Source: Patescibacteria group bacterium
Lineage (GTDB): Bacteria; Patescibacteriota; Patescibacteriia; XYB2-FULL-38-15
Length of the DNA stretch: 64,000 bases
Reading direction: 5' to 3'
Assembly (NCBI GenBank): GCA_041737355.1
Contig: JBGSRW010000009.1
Location: forward strand, 5,323 to 69,322
In this document: positions 47,811-55,225 of the stretch, piece after piece
Layout: every line of letters starts with the position of its first letter
How positions within the stretch are numbered: the first letter of the stretch is position 1
Program-made: the position numbers and the translations under genes
The notes under the pieces: generated by a model
What the model saw: only the letters and a program-made list of their open reading frames with translations
The model's database searches: none
Told to the model about the DNA's origin: nothing

Positions 47811-49103
47811 ATGAAAAAAATAGTTCAGAAAATTTTATATGTTCTGTCCCGCGCGGTTTTGAAAAAATACAAGCCGGGCGTGATCGGCATTACGGGAAGT
47901 ATGGGTAAGACCTCGACCAAAGAGGCGGTCTTCGCGGTTTTGTCTTCAAAATTCAAGGTCCGTCAGAATTTAAAAAATTACAACAACGAACTCGGCGTGC
48001 CTCTTTCCGTTCTTGGTTCGGAATCAGGGTACAAATCAATTTTCAAATGGTTGGGAGTAATTTTTCACGGCGTTAAACTTATTCTATTCCGCGACGCCGA
48101 CTACCCGCAAATTTTGGTTTTGGAAATGGGGGCCGATCATCCCGGCGATATAAAATATCTTACGGATTTGGCGCCGTGCAGGGTCGGAGTAGTTACGGGA
48201 ATCGGGCCGGCCCATCTGGAATTTTTTGAAAGTATAGATAAGATTGTCAAAGAAAAAAGAATTATCATAAGCCATCTTGACCAGGAGGGTTTCGCAATAT
48301 TGAACCGCGACGATGAAAAAGTTTACGAAATGAGGGATAAAACCAGAGCCAAGGTTTTGACTTACGGTTTTGACGCGTCTTCGGGAGTCCGGGCCCAGGA
48401 GGACAGCGTAATCGGCGACGGAGTGGAAATAAAAGGTGTCAATTTCAAACTTAGTCATGCCGGAGCGGTTGTCCCGATTTTTATTCCCGGGGTTTTAGGT
48501 AAACAGCATATTTACGCGGCGCTGGCCGGAGCGGCGGCAGGAATTGTTTATGGGATGAATCTTGTCGAGATTGCCGAGAGTTTGAAAAATTATAAAGCGC
48601 CCAAGGGCCGGATGAATCTTGTAGCCGGTATAAAAAGAACATTGATTATCGATGATACCTACAACGCTTCGCCGATTCCGACAAAAGTGGCCCTTGAAGT
48701 ATTACAGTCGATAAAATTGCCGGCCGAGGACGACAAAAAATTCGCTGTGCTCGGCGATATGCTCGAACTCGGGAGTTTCAGCGAGGAGGGGCACAAACAA
48801 GTCGGCCGGGCCGTGACGGAGAATAAGGTTGATTATTTGGTGACGGTCGGCGAACGTTCCCGCGATATTGCCAGGGCGGCGCTCGAGGCGGGAATGAATG
48901 AGGATAGGGTTTCCAATTTCCCGACGCCGGAAGAGGCCGGGCTTTTTGTCCAAAATAAAATGAAGCAGGGAGATATAGTTTTAGCGAAAGGTTCACAAGG
49001 AATGAGGATGGAAAAAGTCGTGAAGGAATTGATGGCCGAACCGCTTATGGCCTCGGAGATGCTCGTCCGCCAGGATCCCGAATGGGCGAGAAAAAGAAAA
49101 TAG
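47811..49103 (+). CDS. murF: UDP-MurNAc-tripeptide--D-Ala-D-Ala ligase
   Basis: GITGSMGKTSTKE, NNELGVP, DDTYNASP, LGDMLELG and KGS motifs. Confidence 0.93.
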   Translation: MKKIVQKILYVLSRAVLKKYKPGVIGITGSMGKTSTKEAVFAVLSSKFKVRQNLKNYNNELGVPLSVLGSESGYKSIFKWLGVIFHGVKLILFRDADYPQILVLEMGADHPGDIKYLTDLAPCRVGVVTGIGPAHLEFFESIDKIVKEKRIIISHLDQEGFAILNRDDEKVYEMRDKTRAKVLTYGFDASSGVRAQEDSVIGDGVEIKGVNFKLSHAGAVVPIFIPGVLGKQHIYAALAGAAAGIVYGMNLVEIAESLKNYKAPKGRMNLVAGIKRTLIIDDTYNASPIPTKVALEVLQSIKLPAEDDKKFAVLGDMLELGSFSEEGHKQVGRAVTENKVDYLVTVGERSRDIARAALEAGMNEDRVSNFPTPEEAGLFVQNKMKQGDIVLAKGSQGMRMEKVVKELMAEPLMASEMLVRQDPEWARKRK

Positions 49104-49201
49104 TTTTTAATAAGAAAAAAAGTGAGTCGCACGGCTCGCTTTTCTGATATGGTGACAATTTAAAAGTTTTCTGATATACTGAAAATCAGTGAAAAATTCA
49201 C

Positions 49202-49279
49202 GGCCCCATCGTCTAGCCTGATCTAGGACGCCTCCCTCTCACGGAGGAAACTCGGGTTTAAATCCCGATGGGGCTACCA
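49202..49279 (+). tRNA. tRNA-Glu(CTC)
   Basis: GGCCCCA/TGGGGCT acceptor, cctcc-ctCTCac-ggagg, ACCA end; T-loop TTTAAAT. Confidence 0.9.
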
Positions 49280-49337
49280 GAATAAATTAGAAATCAATAT
49301 AAAATATAGAAGTAAATTAACCGTGAAAGTAGCAATA

Positions 49338-49463
49338 GGGATTTAAACCAGGGAAGGGCCGGAAACCGTAAGGTTTCCGCTCGCGGAAATATTAAAACCG
49401 ATTGGTTTTAAAGCGCAGGCCGACGATTCGGCCGAACAGTTTAACTCCCCGATGGGGCTACCA
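49338..49463 (+). repeat. tRNA-linked palindromic element ending in a duplicate of the tRNA-Glu 3' end (att-like)
   Basis: CCCGATGGGGCTACCA at 49264-49279 repeated at 49448-49463; GGGATTTAAACC (49338-49349) is the reverse complement of the tRNA T-arm; internal hairpins. Confidence 0.75.
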
Positions 49464-49827
49464 ATATATACAACTTTCCAAAATTTTCCCGATTTTATCG
49501 TGGGCGGCCAATAAGGCCGCCCATTGTATTTTCAGCCAAATCTCAGTTTTTCTCGAAAGCAGGGTTTTTTGTCCCGCGCCCGGCGCCGTACCGCTGTTCT
49601 TATTTGCGAAGATGAAGTTAATTGTGTCAAAAATATAAAATATAATGTCAAAAATGGTACTATGCTCATTTCCTAAAATATGCTATATTATATCCATAAT
49701 CTGCCTTATATTTTTTATTTATACCCCCCCCATTGGCGAGTTTATCTCTGGCGGAAAAAGTAATGTTCGTTTGGATTTGGAAAAGTAATATTTTAAATTA
49801 GCTGTTAAATCAGGATAAGTTAAAAAT

Positions 49828-51285
49828 ATGGAAAACAACAAAACCAAACAGTTCACTGTAACAGCTAGAAAAAAAGAAAGCGCCAGACGTAAACTTGCCG
49901 TGACCGCCAAGGAAAAGGAGAGTGCCCGGCTTAAACTTGCCGTGACCGCCAAAGAAAAAGAAAGCGTCAGAAGTAAACTAGCAACAGTTGCCAAGCAACT
50001 TGCCGTGACCGCCAAAGAGGCGGAAAGCGTTAGACGCAAGTTAGCGGTGACCGCCAAGGAAAAGGAGGGCGTAAGGAACAAGCTGGTAATAACTGCAAAA
50101 AAACTCGCCACTACCGCCAAAGAAGCGGAAAGCGTCAGACGTAAACTCGCCGTGACCGCCAAAGAAAAAGAAAGTATAAGAAGCAAGCTGGCAATGGTCG
50201 CCAGACAACTTGCGACTACAGCCAAGGAAAGGGAAGACGCTAGACGCAGCTTAGTGGTGACTGCAAAAAATCTAAAGATAAAAGCCAAACAGCTCGCCAA
50301 GACTGCTGAGGAAAAAGAATATGTCAGGGGTAAATTAGAGGTGACAGCAAAGCAACTAGCAACTACAGCGGAAGAAAAAGAGGAAGTAAGAAGTAGATTA
50401 GCGGTAGTTGCCAAGAAGCTCGCCGCAACTGCCAAGGAAAAGGAAAACGTCAGACAAAAGTTAGCTGTAATCGCGAAGCAGCTGAAAGATAAAGCCATAC
50501 AACTCGCCGTGACCGCCAAGGAAATGGAATTGGCAAACAAAGAATTGAGGTCATTAGATTTGGCGAAAGATGAATTTGTTTCCATTGCTTCGCATCAGCT
50601 CCGCACGCCTCTTACTGCCCTAAAAGGATATGCAGGCATGCTTCTTGATGGAGATGCCGGACCAATAAACGATAAACAGCGCGAGTATCTTGTGGAAATG
50701 AAAAATGCCAATGACCGGATGATTGGTCTTATCACGGCGCTTCTTAACGTCTCAAGGGTTGATCTGGGTGTGTTCATCGTTGAACCAGAACGGCTAAGTC
50801 TTAAAAAGGTAGCAGAAGACGCGTTGAAAGATCTTGGCATGAAAATTGAGGGGAAAAAATTGCAGGTAGAGATGAATTTTGAAAACAATATTCCTCTAAT
50901 TAATGCGGATTTAAACATTGTTCGGATGATTTTTCAGAATTTGTTTACAAACGCGGTAAAATACACGCCAGCGGGAGGAAAAATTAATATCAATATAAAA
51001 AAGGACGGCCCTAATGTTCTTATCTCAGTCGCGGATACGGGTTATGGAATTCCCAGTAATGTGCAGCCAAAGATTTTTACAAAAATGTTTCGGGCCGATA
51101 ATGCGCGGATAAAGGATCCGGACGGTACCGGTCTTGGATTATATATTATAAAATCAACACTTGAAAAAACGGGTGGAAAAGTTTGGTTTGAATCGGTAGA
51201 AAATAAAGGGTCGACATTTTACGTTACTCTTCCGCTCGAGGGCATGAAGAAAAAAGAAGGAACAAAAAGATTAGAATTAAAATAA
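49828..51285 (+). CDS. Cytoplasmic histidine kinase with repetitive coiled-coil N-terminus
   Basis: LAVTAKE/KESVRRK heptad repeats; H-box ASHQLRTPL, N-box NAVKY, G-boxes DTGYGI and GTGLGL. Confidence 0.92.
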   Translation: MENNKTKQFTVTARKKESARRKLAVTAKEKESARLKLAVTAKEKESVRSKLATVAKQLAVTAKEAESVRRKLAVTAKEKEGVRNKLVITAKKLATTAKEAESVRRKLAVTAKEKESIRSKLAMVARQLATTAKEREDARRSLVVTAKNLKIKAKQLAKTAEEKEYVRGKLEVTAKQLATTAEEKEEVRSRLAVVAKKLAATAKEKENVRQKLAVIAKQLKDKAIQLAVTAKEMELANKELRSLDLAKDEFVSIASHQLRTPLTALKGYAGMLLDGDAGPINDKQREYLVEMKNANDRMIGLITALLNVSRVDLGVFIVEPERLSLKKVAEDALKDLGMKIEGKKLQVEMNFENNIPLINADLNIVRMIFQNLFTNAVKYTPAGGKININIKKDGPNVLISVADTGYGIPSNVQPKIFTKMFRADNARIKDPDGTGLGLYIIKSTLEKTGGKVWFESVENKGSTFYVTLPLEGMKKKEGTKRLELK

Positions 51286-51291
51286 ATTTTT

Positions 51292-51675
51292 ATGGACACG
51301 CCGCGACAAAAAATTTTAATTATCGAGGATGAATTATCTATCCTGAATGGTATCTCGGATAAGTTTACGCATGAAGGTTTTTTAGTAACAAAAGCAGTCG
51401 ATGGTCAAGACGGTTTGGATAAGGCGCTCAAGGAGCATCCGGATTTTATTATAGTTGACAATCTGATGCCCGATACCGACGGTTTTTATTTTTTAGAGAA
51501 TCTTCGCAAGGACGAATGGGGAAAAAATTCTTTGGTTATTATGTGGAGTAATTCCCACGACTCCAGTACAATTGCTCGGGCAAAAAAAATAGGAATCATA
51601 GATTTTATGATCAAGAGTGAGTGGGAATACCGGGATGTGGTAAAAAAAGTGAGGGAATATATTGATGCTAAGTAA
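51292..51675 (+). CDS. Single-domain response regulator
   Basis: ILIIEDE, VDNLMP and conserved K. Confidence 0.9.
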   Translation: MDTPRQKILIIEDELSILNGISDKFTHEGFLVTKAVDGQDGLDKALKEHPDFIIVDNLMPDTDGFYFLENLRKDEWGKNSLVIMWSNSHDSSTIARAKKIGIIDFMIKSEWEYRDVVKKVREYIDAK

Positions 51676-51701
51676 TTTTTTATAGAATATTATAAAATAA
51701 T

Positions 51702-52109
51702 ATGCCCACGTTACAAAAGAAAGTCCATGTTTTGATCATTGATGACGACGAGGTTATGCGTCGCCTTTATGGAAGTTTAGTTGCAAAGATTGGTTATGAA
51801 GTAATCTATTCCCCGGACTCTATTCAGGGAAGAGAATTGGCCCGGCGTTTTCAGCCAGATCTTATTTTGATGGATCTGGAGATGCCATTGGAGGATGGGC
51901 TGAAAGCCTCCAGCAGATTAAGAGAAGAAAAGGAAACCGCCCATATCCCTATTGCTTTGCTTACTAATACCGATTTATCGATTGAAGCGGAAAAATGGAT
52001 GAAAAAAATTTCAATAGAAGATTATATTCAAAAAGGCGTTAGTAACGAGGAATTCACCAAACGAATTAAAAATATTATTGAGAAGAAGCAAGCTTCGGCC
52101 AATGCCTGA
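51702..52109 (+). CDS. Single-domain response regulator
   Basis: LIIDDD, PDLILMDLEMP, LT and YIQK. Confidence 0.9.
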   Translation: MPTLQKKVHVLIIDDDEVMRRLYGSLVAKIGYEVIYSPDSIQGRELARRFQPDLILMDLEMPLEDGLKASSRLREEKETAHIPIALLTNTDLSIEAEKWMKKISIEDYIQKGVSNEEFTKRIKNIIEKKQASANA

Positions 52110-52149
52110 TTTCGCTACGGTGTAGGGCAATACTAAATAAAATTTTATT

Positions 52150-52875
52150 ATGTTTCATACAATCTGGCACGATTTTCTTTACACTCCGCTTTTGAATATT
52201 CTGATTTGGCTTTATAACGTCCCGGCCTTTGAAAATTTGGGCGTGGCGATTATTTATCTGACTATCGCGATCCGCATCGTTCTTCTCCCGTTTACCATTG
52301 TTTCCGAGCGGAGTAAAATTCTTTACGAAAAGTTAGAACAGAAAATAAAAAAAATAGAACAAGATTTTAAAAACGATCCTATTCAAAAGAAAGACATAAT
52401 CCGCAAGGTAATGAGAGAGCACCGGGTTAGTCCTTGGGCAAAAGTCATGGTGCTCGCGGTGCAGGCCCTTATTTTGGTGCTCTTGTACCAGGTTTTTATC
52501 GGCGGAATTAACGGCAAGCTTGGGGATCTCTATTCGTGGGTTGATCATCCCGATTTTATCAATACTAATTTTTTGGGATTTGATCTTGGTATCAGGAGTT
52601 TATTTTGGAGCGGTCTGGTGGGAGCGGTTCTTTTTCTCGAGATCTTTATTGATTATCGTAGCCGGCCGAGCGGTCTCGCTAAATCGGAGGTTGCCTACAT
52701 GATTTTTTTTCCGGCCGCCTGTTTTTTCCTTCTCTGGATCTTGCCTATGGCCAAATCGATCTTTATCCTGACCTCGCTGATTTTTTCGATGATAGTTATT
52801 GTGATTAGGCAAAGAATAAAAATCAGAATAAAAGTTGAAGACAACGCGATTAAGATCGAAAGAGTAAAGGCATAA
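52150..52875 (+). CDS. YidC/Oxa1-family membrane insertase (short form)
   Basis: LGVAIIYLTIAIRIVLLPF, coiled segment, NFLGFDL, several TM helices. Confidence 0.8.
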   Translation: MFHTIWHDFLYTPLLNILIWLYNVPAFENLGVAIIYLTIAIRIVLLPFTIVSERSKILYEKLEQKIKKIEQDFKNDPIQKKDIIRKVMREHRVSPWAKVMVLAVQALILVLLYQVFIGGINGKLGDLYSWVDHPDFINTNFLGFDLGIRSLFWSGLVGAVLFLEIFIDYRSRPSGLAKSEVAYMIFFPAACFFLLWILPMAKSIFILTSLIFSMIVIVIRQRIKIRIKVEDNAIKIERVKA

Positions 52876-52896
52876 AGAATAATAAGTAAAGTTTCC

Positions 52897-52921
52897 AAAC
52901 CGGCTGAAAAGCCGGTTTTTT
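52897..52921 (+). terminator. Rho-independent terminator
   Basis: aaaccggct-gaaa-agccggttt plus T-run. Confidence 0.8.
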
Positions 52922-52935
52922 GTTAGTATAAAAGG

Positions 52936-52964
52936 TTGACAAATTTTTTAGTTTTTGTTATAAA
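52936..52964 (+). promoter_or_regulatory. Strong sigma70 promoter of the large ncRNA
   Basis: TTGACA (52936-52941), 17 nt spacer, TG-n-TATAAA (52959-52964). Confidence 0.8.
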
Positions 52965-52970
52965 AACAAC

Positions 52971-53759
52971 ATGTAGACGGGGGCTGTAGCTCAAAGTCTG
53001 AAACAGCGTTTGGTAATGGCTTAGGTCATGACCAGCGCCGTAGACGAAGCAGAGCATTTGGGGGAAGGCGCGTGAGAGTAACTACTGGCGCCCGAACCAG
53101 AAGGTTGGAGGTTCAAGCCCTCCCAGCCCCGCCAGGTCTTAACAGCGAAGGGTTTTGCCCCGCTTTTGGCTAGAGCACCGCGAGGAGAAAGCGGAGTGTC
53201 GATGCCAAAAGAAAAGATGCTGGCGGGTTAAGCCGCTGGGGAGAGAGTCCGCTCCCGCTGTTAAGACCTCCTTCTCGGTTGCGGTTAAAAAGCGGAAGAC
53301 CTCCGCTCGGCCGCAACCAGATGGCTCGTGGCTAAGCCCAAGGGGGCTAAAATGGGCCGGTGGGTTTTTCTCGAGCCACCGAGAGAACCCCGGAAGCTTC
53401 CGCGAGCCAAGCTCGCGTTAGCATAAAGTTGCGATCGGTGAAAGCCTTGCACTGGCTACGGTTCTGGCTACCGTGCCGATCGCGACCTGCACTGTTCCTG
53501 GGGGCGGAGCTCGCCCCACATCCCTCCGATTGGGCCAGAACAGTGCAGTCTTCCAAGCCCGGCGGCGGTTCTTTTCGCTGAACCGTGAGATCGCCGCCGG
53601 GCTCCACTAAACGTACTTCCAAGTGCGGAAACCCCGCGCGAGGAAGTCGTGATGTGTGTGTTGGATTGGCCTCCCCCACACGCTTGCCGGACGAACGACA
53701 GTTGGTCGAAAGACCGATAAGTAGCCGAAAGGTGAATGTTGTTTCGTCCGGCATTTTTT
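52971..53759 (+). ncRNA. Candidate large structured non-coding RNA (~790 nt) headed by a tRNA-like domain
   Basis: Promoter, ten consecutive closed stem modules with many G-U pairs on the + strand, terminal U-tract; no credible ORF. Confidence 0.75.
52980..53134 (+). ncRNA. 155-nt tRNA-like cloverleaf with expanded D and anticodon arms, no anticodon
   Basis: GGGGCTG/CAGCCCC-GCCA, U8A9, D-stem GCTC/GAGC, anticodon stem TTTGG/CCAGA, V loop AGGTT, T-arm GGAGG-TTCAAGC-CCTCC. Confidence 0.85.
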
Positions 53760-53843
53760 GTCTCTGACCTTGACAAAATCACCTTTTAGAGTTAGTATTA
53801 GCCATAGGGTAGATTTAACTTTTGAATCTAAATAAAACAAAAT

Positions 53844-54428
53844 ATGGCAGATTCCTTAGACAAAATCATGTATTCCTTTGTCGTGGAGGACGTCTTAAAG
53901 GGCTTTTTCATTACTGTCCCGCCGGGTTATGTTGCCTGCGTTTACGACTTGGGCAGGGGAGTTCTGAAAAAAGTTCTGCACCCCGGATTACATCTTAAAA
54001 TTCCGTTCTGGCAGAGAGCTAAATTATTCAATACCCAAACCCTGGAATACAATATCAGTAAAGAATTTAACATTGAAAATATCAGAGCCTTGGGCGACGG
54101 TCCGATCGGCGCGGTAACGCTCGACAGCAAAAATATCGCGATCGAGGGGACGATTCTTTTACGGCTCGATATGGAGCAGATTCCTTACATCTGGCAAAAT
54201 ATCGGCGAGGATTTTGTGGAAAAAATTATCCGGCCGACAATCCGAAGCCGTCTCCGCATGATTGCCTCGCTTTACTCGGGCCAGGACATCGTCTCTCTTC
54301 AGAGAAACCAAATTGAGGTGGCGATTACTAATGAACTGGACAGAATTTTCCATCCGCGGGGAATCCACGTAGAAAATGTACTTCTCTCGGAAATCGGACA
54401 TCAGTTTGTCAAAAGCGGAAACGCATAA
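53844..54428 (+). CDS. SPFH/prohibitin-domain protein
   Basis: VPPGYVACV..LHPGLHLKIPFWQ; IIRPTIRSRLR; GIHVENVLLSEI. Confidence 0.85.
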   Translation: MADSLDKIMYSFVVEDVLKGFFITVPPGYVACVYDLGRGVLKKVLHPGLHLKIPFWQRAKLFNTQTLEYNISKEFNIENIRALGDGPIGAVTLDSKNIAIEGTILLRLDMEQIPYIWQNIGEDFVEKIIRPTIRSRLRMIASLYSGQDIVSLQRNQIEVAITNELDRIFHPRGIHVENVLLSEIGHQFVKSGNA

Positions 54429-54483
54429 TCAATAAAAATAAACACGGACCCTTGACCGGGGTCCGTGTTTTGCTATACTGAAG

Positions 54484-54510
54484 TTAGCACTCTTGACACG
54501 AGATTGCTAA
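54484..54510 (+). promoter_or_regulatory. CIRCE operator
   Basis: TTAGCACTC-N9-GATTGCTAA (one mismatch to consensus) directly upstream of hrcA. Confidence 0.92.
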
Positions 54511-54530
54511 CTGGTGTAAAATAGTTTAAT

Positions 54531-55223
54531 ATGGAAAAACGAAAGGAAAAACTGCTCCTATCAATCATCAGCGAATACATAAAAAATGCCGCGCCGGTGG
54601 CCTCAAAAATGTTGGCTGGGCGGGGCGGTTTTAAGTTAAGTTCGGCAACATTACGGAACGAAATGGCGGAGCTTGAGGAGGAAGGCATGATTTTCCAGCC
54701 GCATACCTCAGCCGGCCGTATTCCGACCGAAGCGGGATTTAATTTTTATCTTGCCAATCTCCCGGAGAAAAATCTGGAAATCGACGGCAAAGAAAAAAAA
54801 GAACTGGAACGGGCAGCGCGGGCCGATGAATTTCCTGAAAAAAGTCTGGCCAAAGTTTTGGCCGAACTTTCGGAAGAAGCAGTGATTCTCGCTTTCGGAA
54901 AAAACGACGTTTATTATACCGGGCTTTCCAACCTTTTTGCCAAACCGGAGTTTCATGATCAAAATTTGGTTTATCGGATTGGTGAAGTGGTTGATCATCT
55001 GGATGAAATAATCAGCGAGATTTTTGAAGAAACCAAAGAAGAGATAAAAATTTTAATCGGCAAGAAAAATCCTTTCAGTGAAAGTTGCGGAGCGGTTGTT
55101 TCAAGATATCGCGGAAAAAATAAAAAAAACGGCCTTGTCGCGGTGCTCGGTCCGATCAGAATGGACTACGGGAAAAATATCGCCTTGGTCCACGAGGTTA
55201 AGAATTTGTTAAATAAAATATAA
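54531..55223 (+). CDS. hrcA: Heat-inducible transcription repressor HrcA (short form)
   Basis: PVAS, SSATLRNEMAELE, QPHTSAGRIPT and LGPIRMDY motifs. Confidence 0.92.
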   Translation: MEKRKEKLLLSIISEYIKNAAPVASKMLAGRGGFKLSSATLRNEMAELEEEGMIFQPHTSAGRIPTEAGFNFYLANLPEKNLEIDGKEKKELERAARADEFPEKSLAKVLAELSEEAVILAFGKNDVYYTGLSNLFAKPEFHDQNLVYRIGEVVDHLDEIISEIFEETKEEIKILIGKKNPFSESCGAVVSRYRGKNKKNGLVAVLGPIRMDYGKNIALVHEVKNLLNKI

Positions 55224-55225
55224 CT

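Noticed and set aside
49719-50585. 288-aa minus-strand ORF
   Set aside because: It is the antisense shadow of the kinase heptad repeats
53057-53101. Canonical BHB intron in the anticodon arm
   Set aside because: Only 1-3 bp are possible between the GAA bulges, and no excision gives a 7-nt loop with U33
53685-53753. Hammerhead ribozyme in the last three-way junction
   Set aside because: The topology is similar, but the core reads GATAAGTA and GAAT rather than CUGANGA and GAAA, and lacks the A15.1-U16.1 pair
52980-53759. tmRNA or RNase P RNA as the identity of the large RNA
   Set aside because: It has a true D-stem and G3-C70 rather than G3-U70, the acceptor closes after 155 nt with no tag ORF, and the RNase P GAGGAAAGUCC and terminal ACAGAA..CGGC motifs are absent
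53155-53840. ORF-track entries overlapping the structured RNA
   Set aside because: Several mutually overlapping frames on both strands, mostly non-ATG starts and composition typical of GC-rich palindromic DNA; no protein motifs
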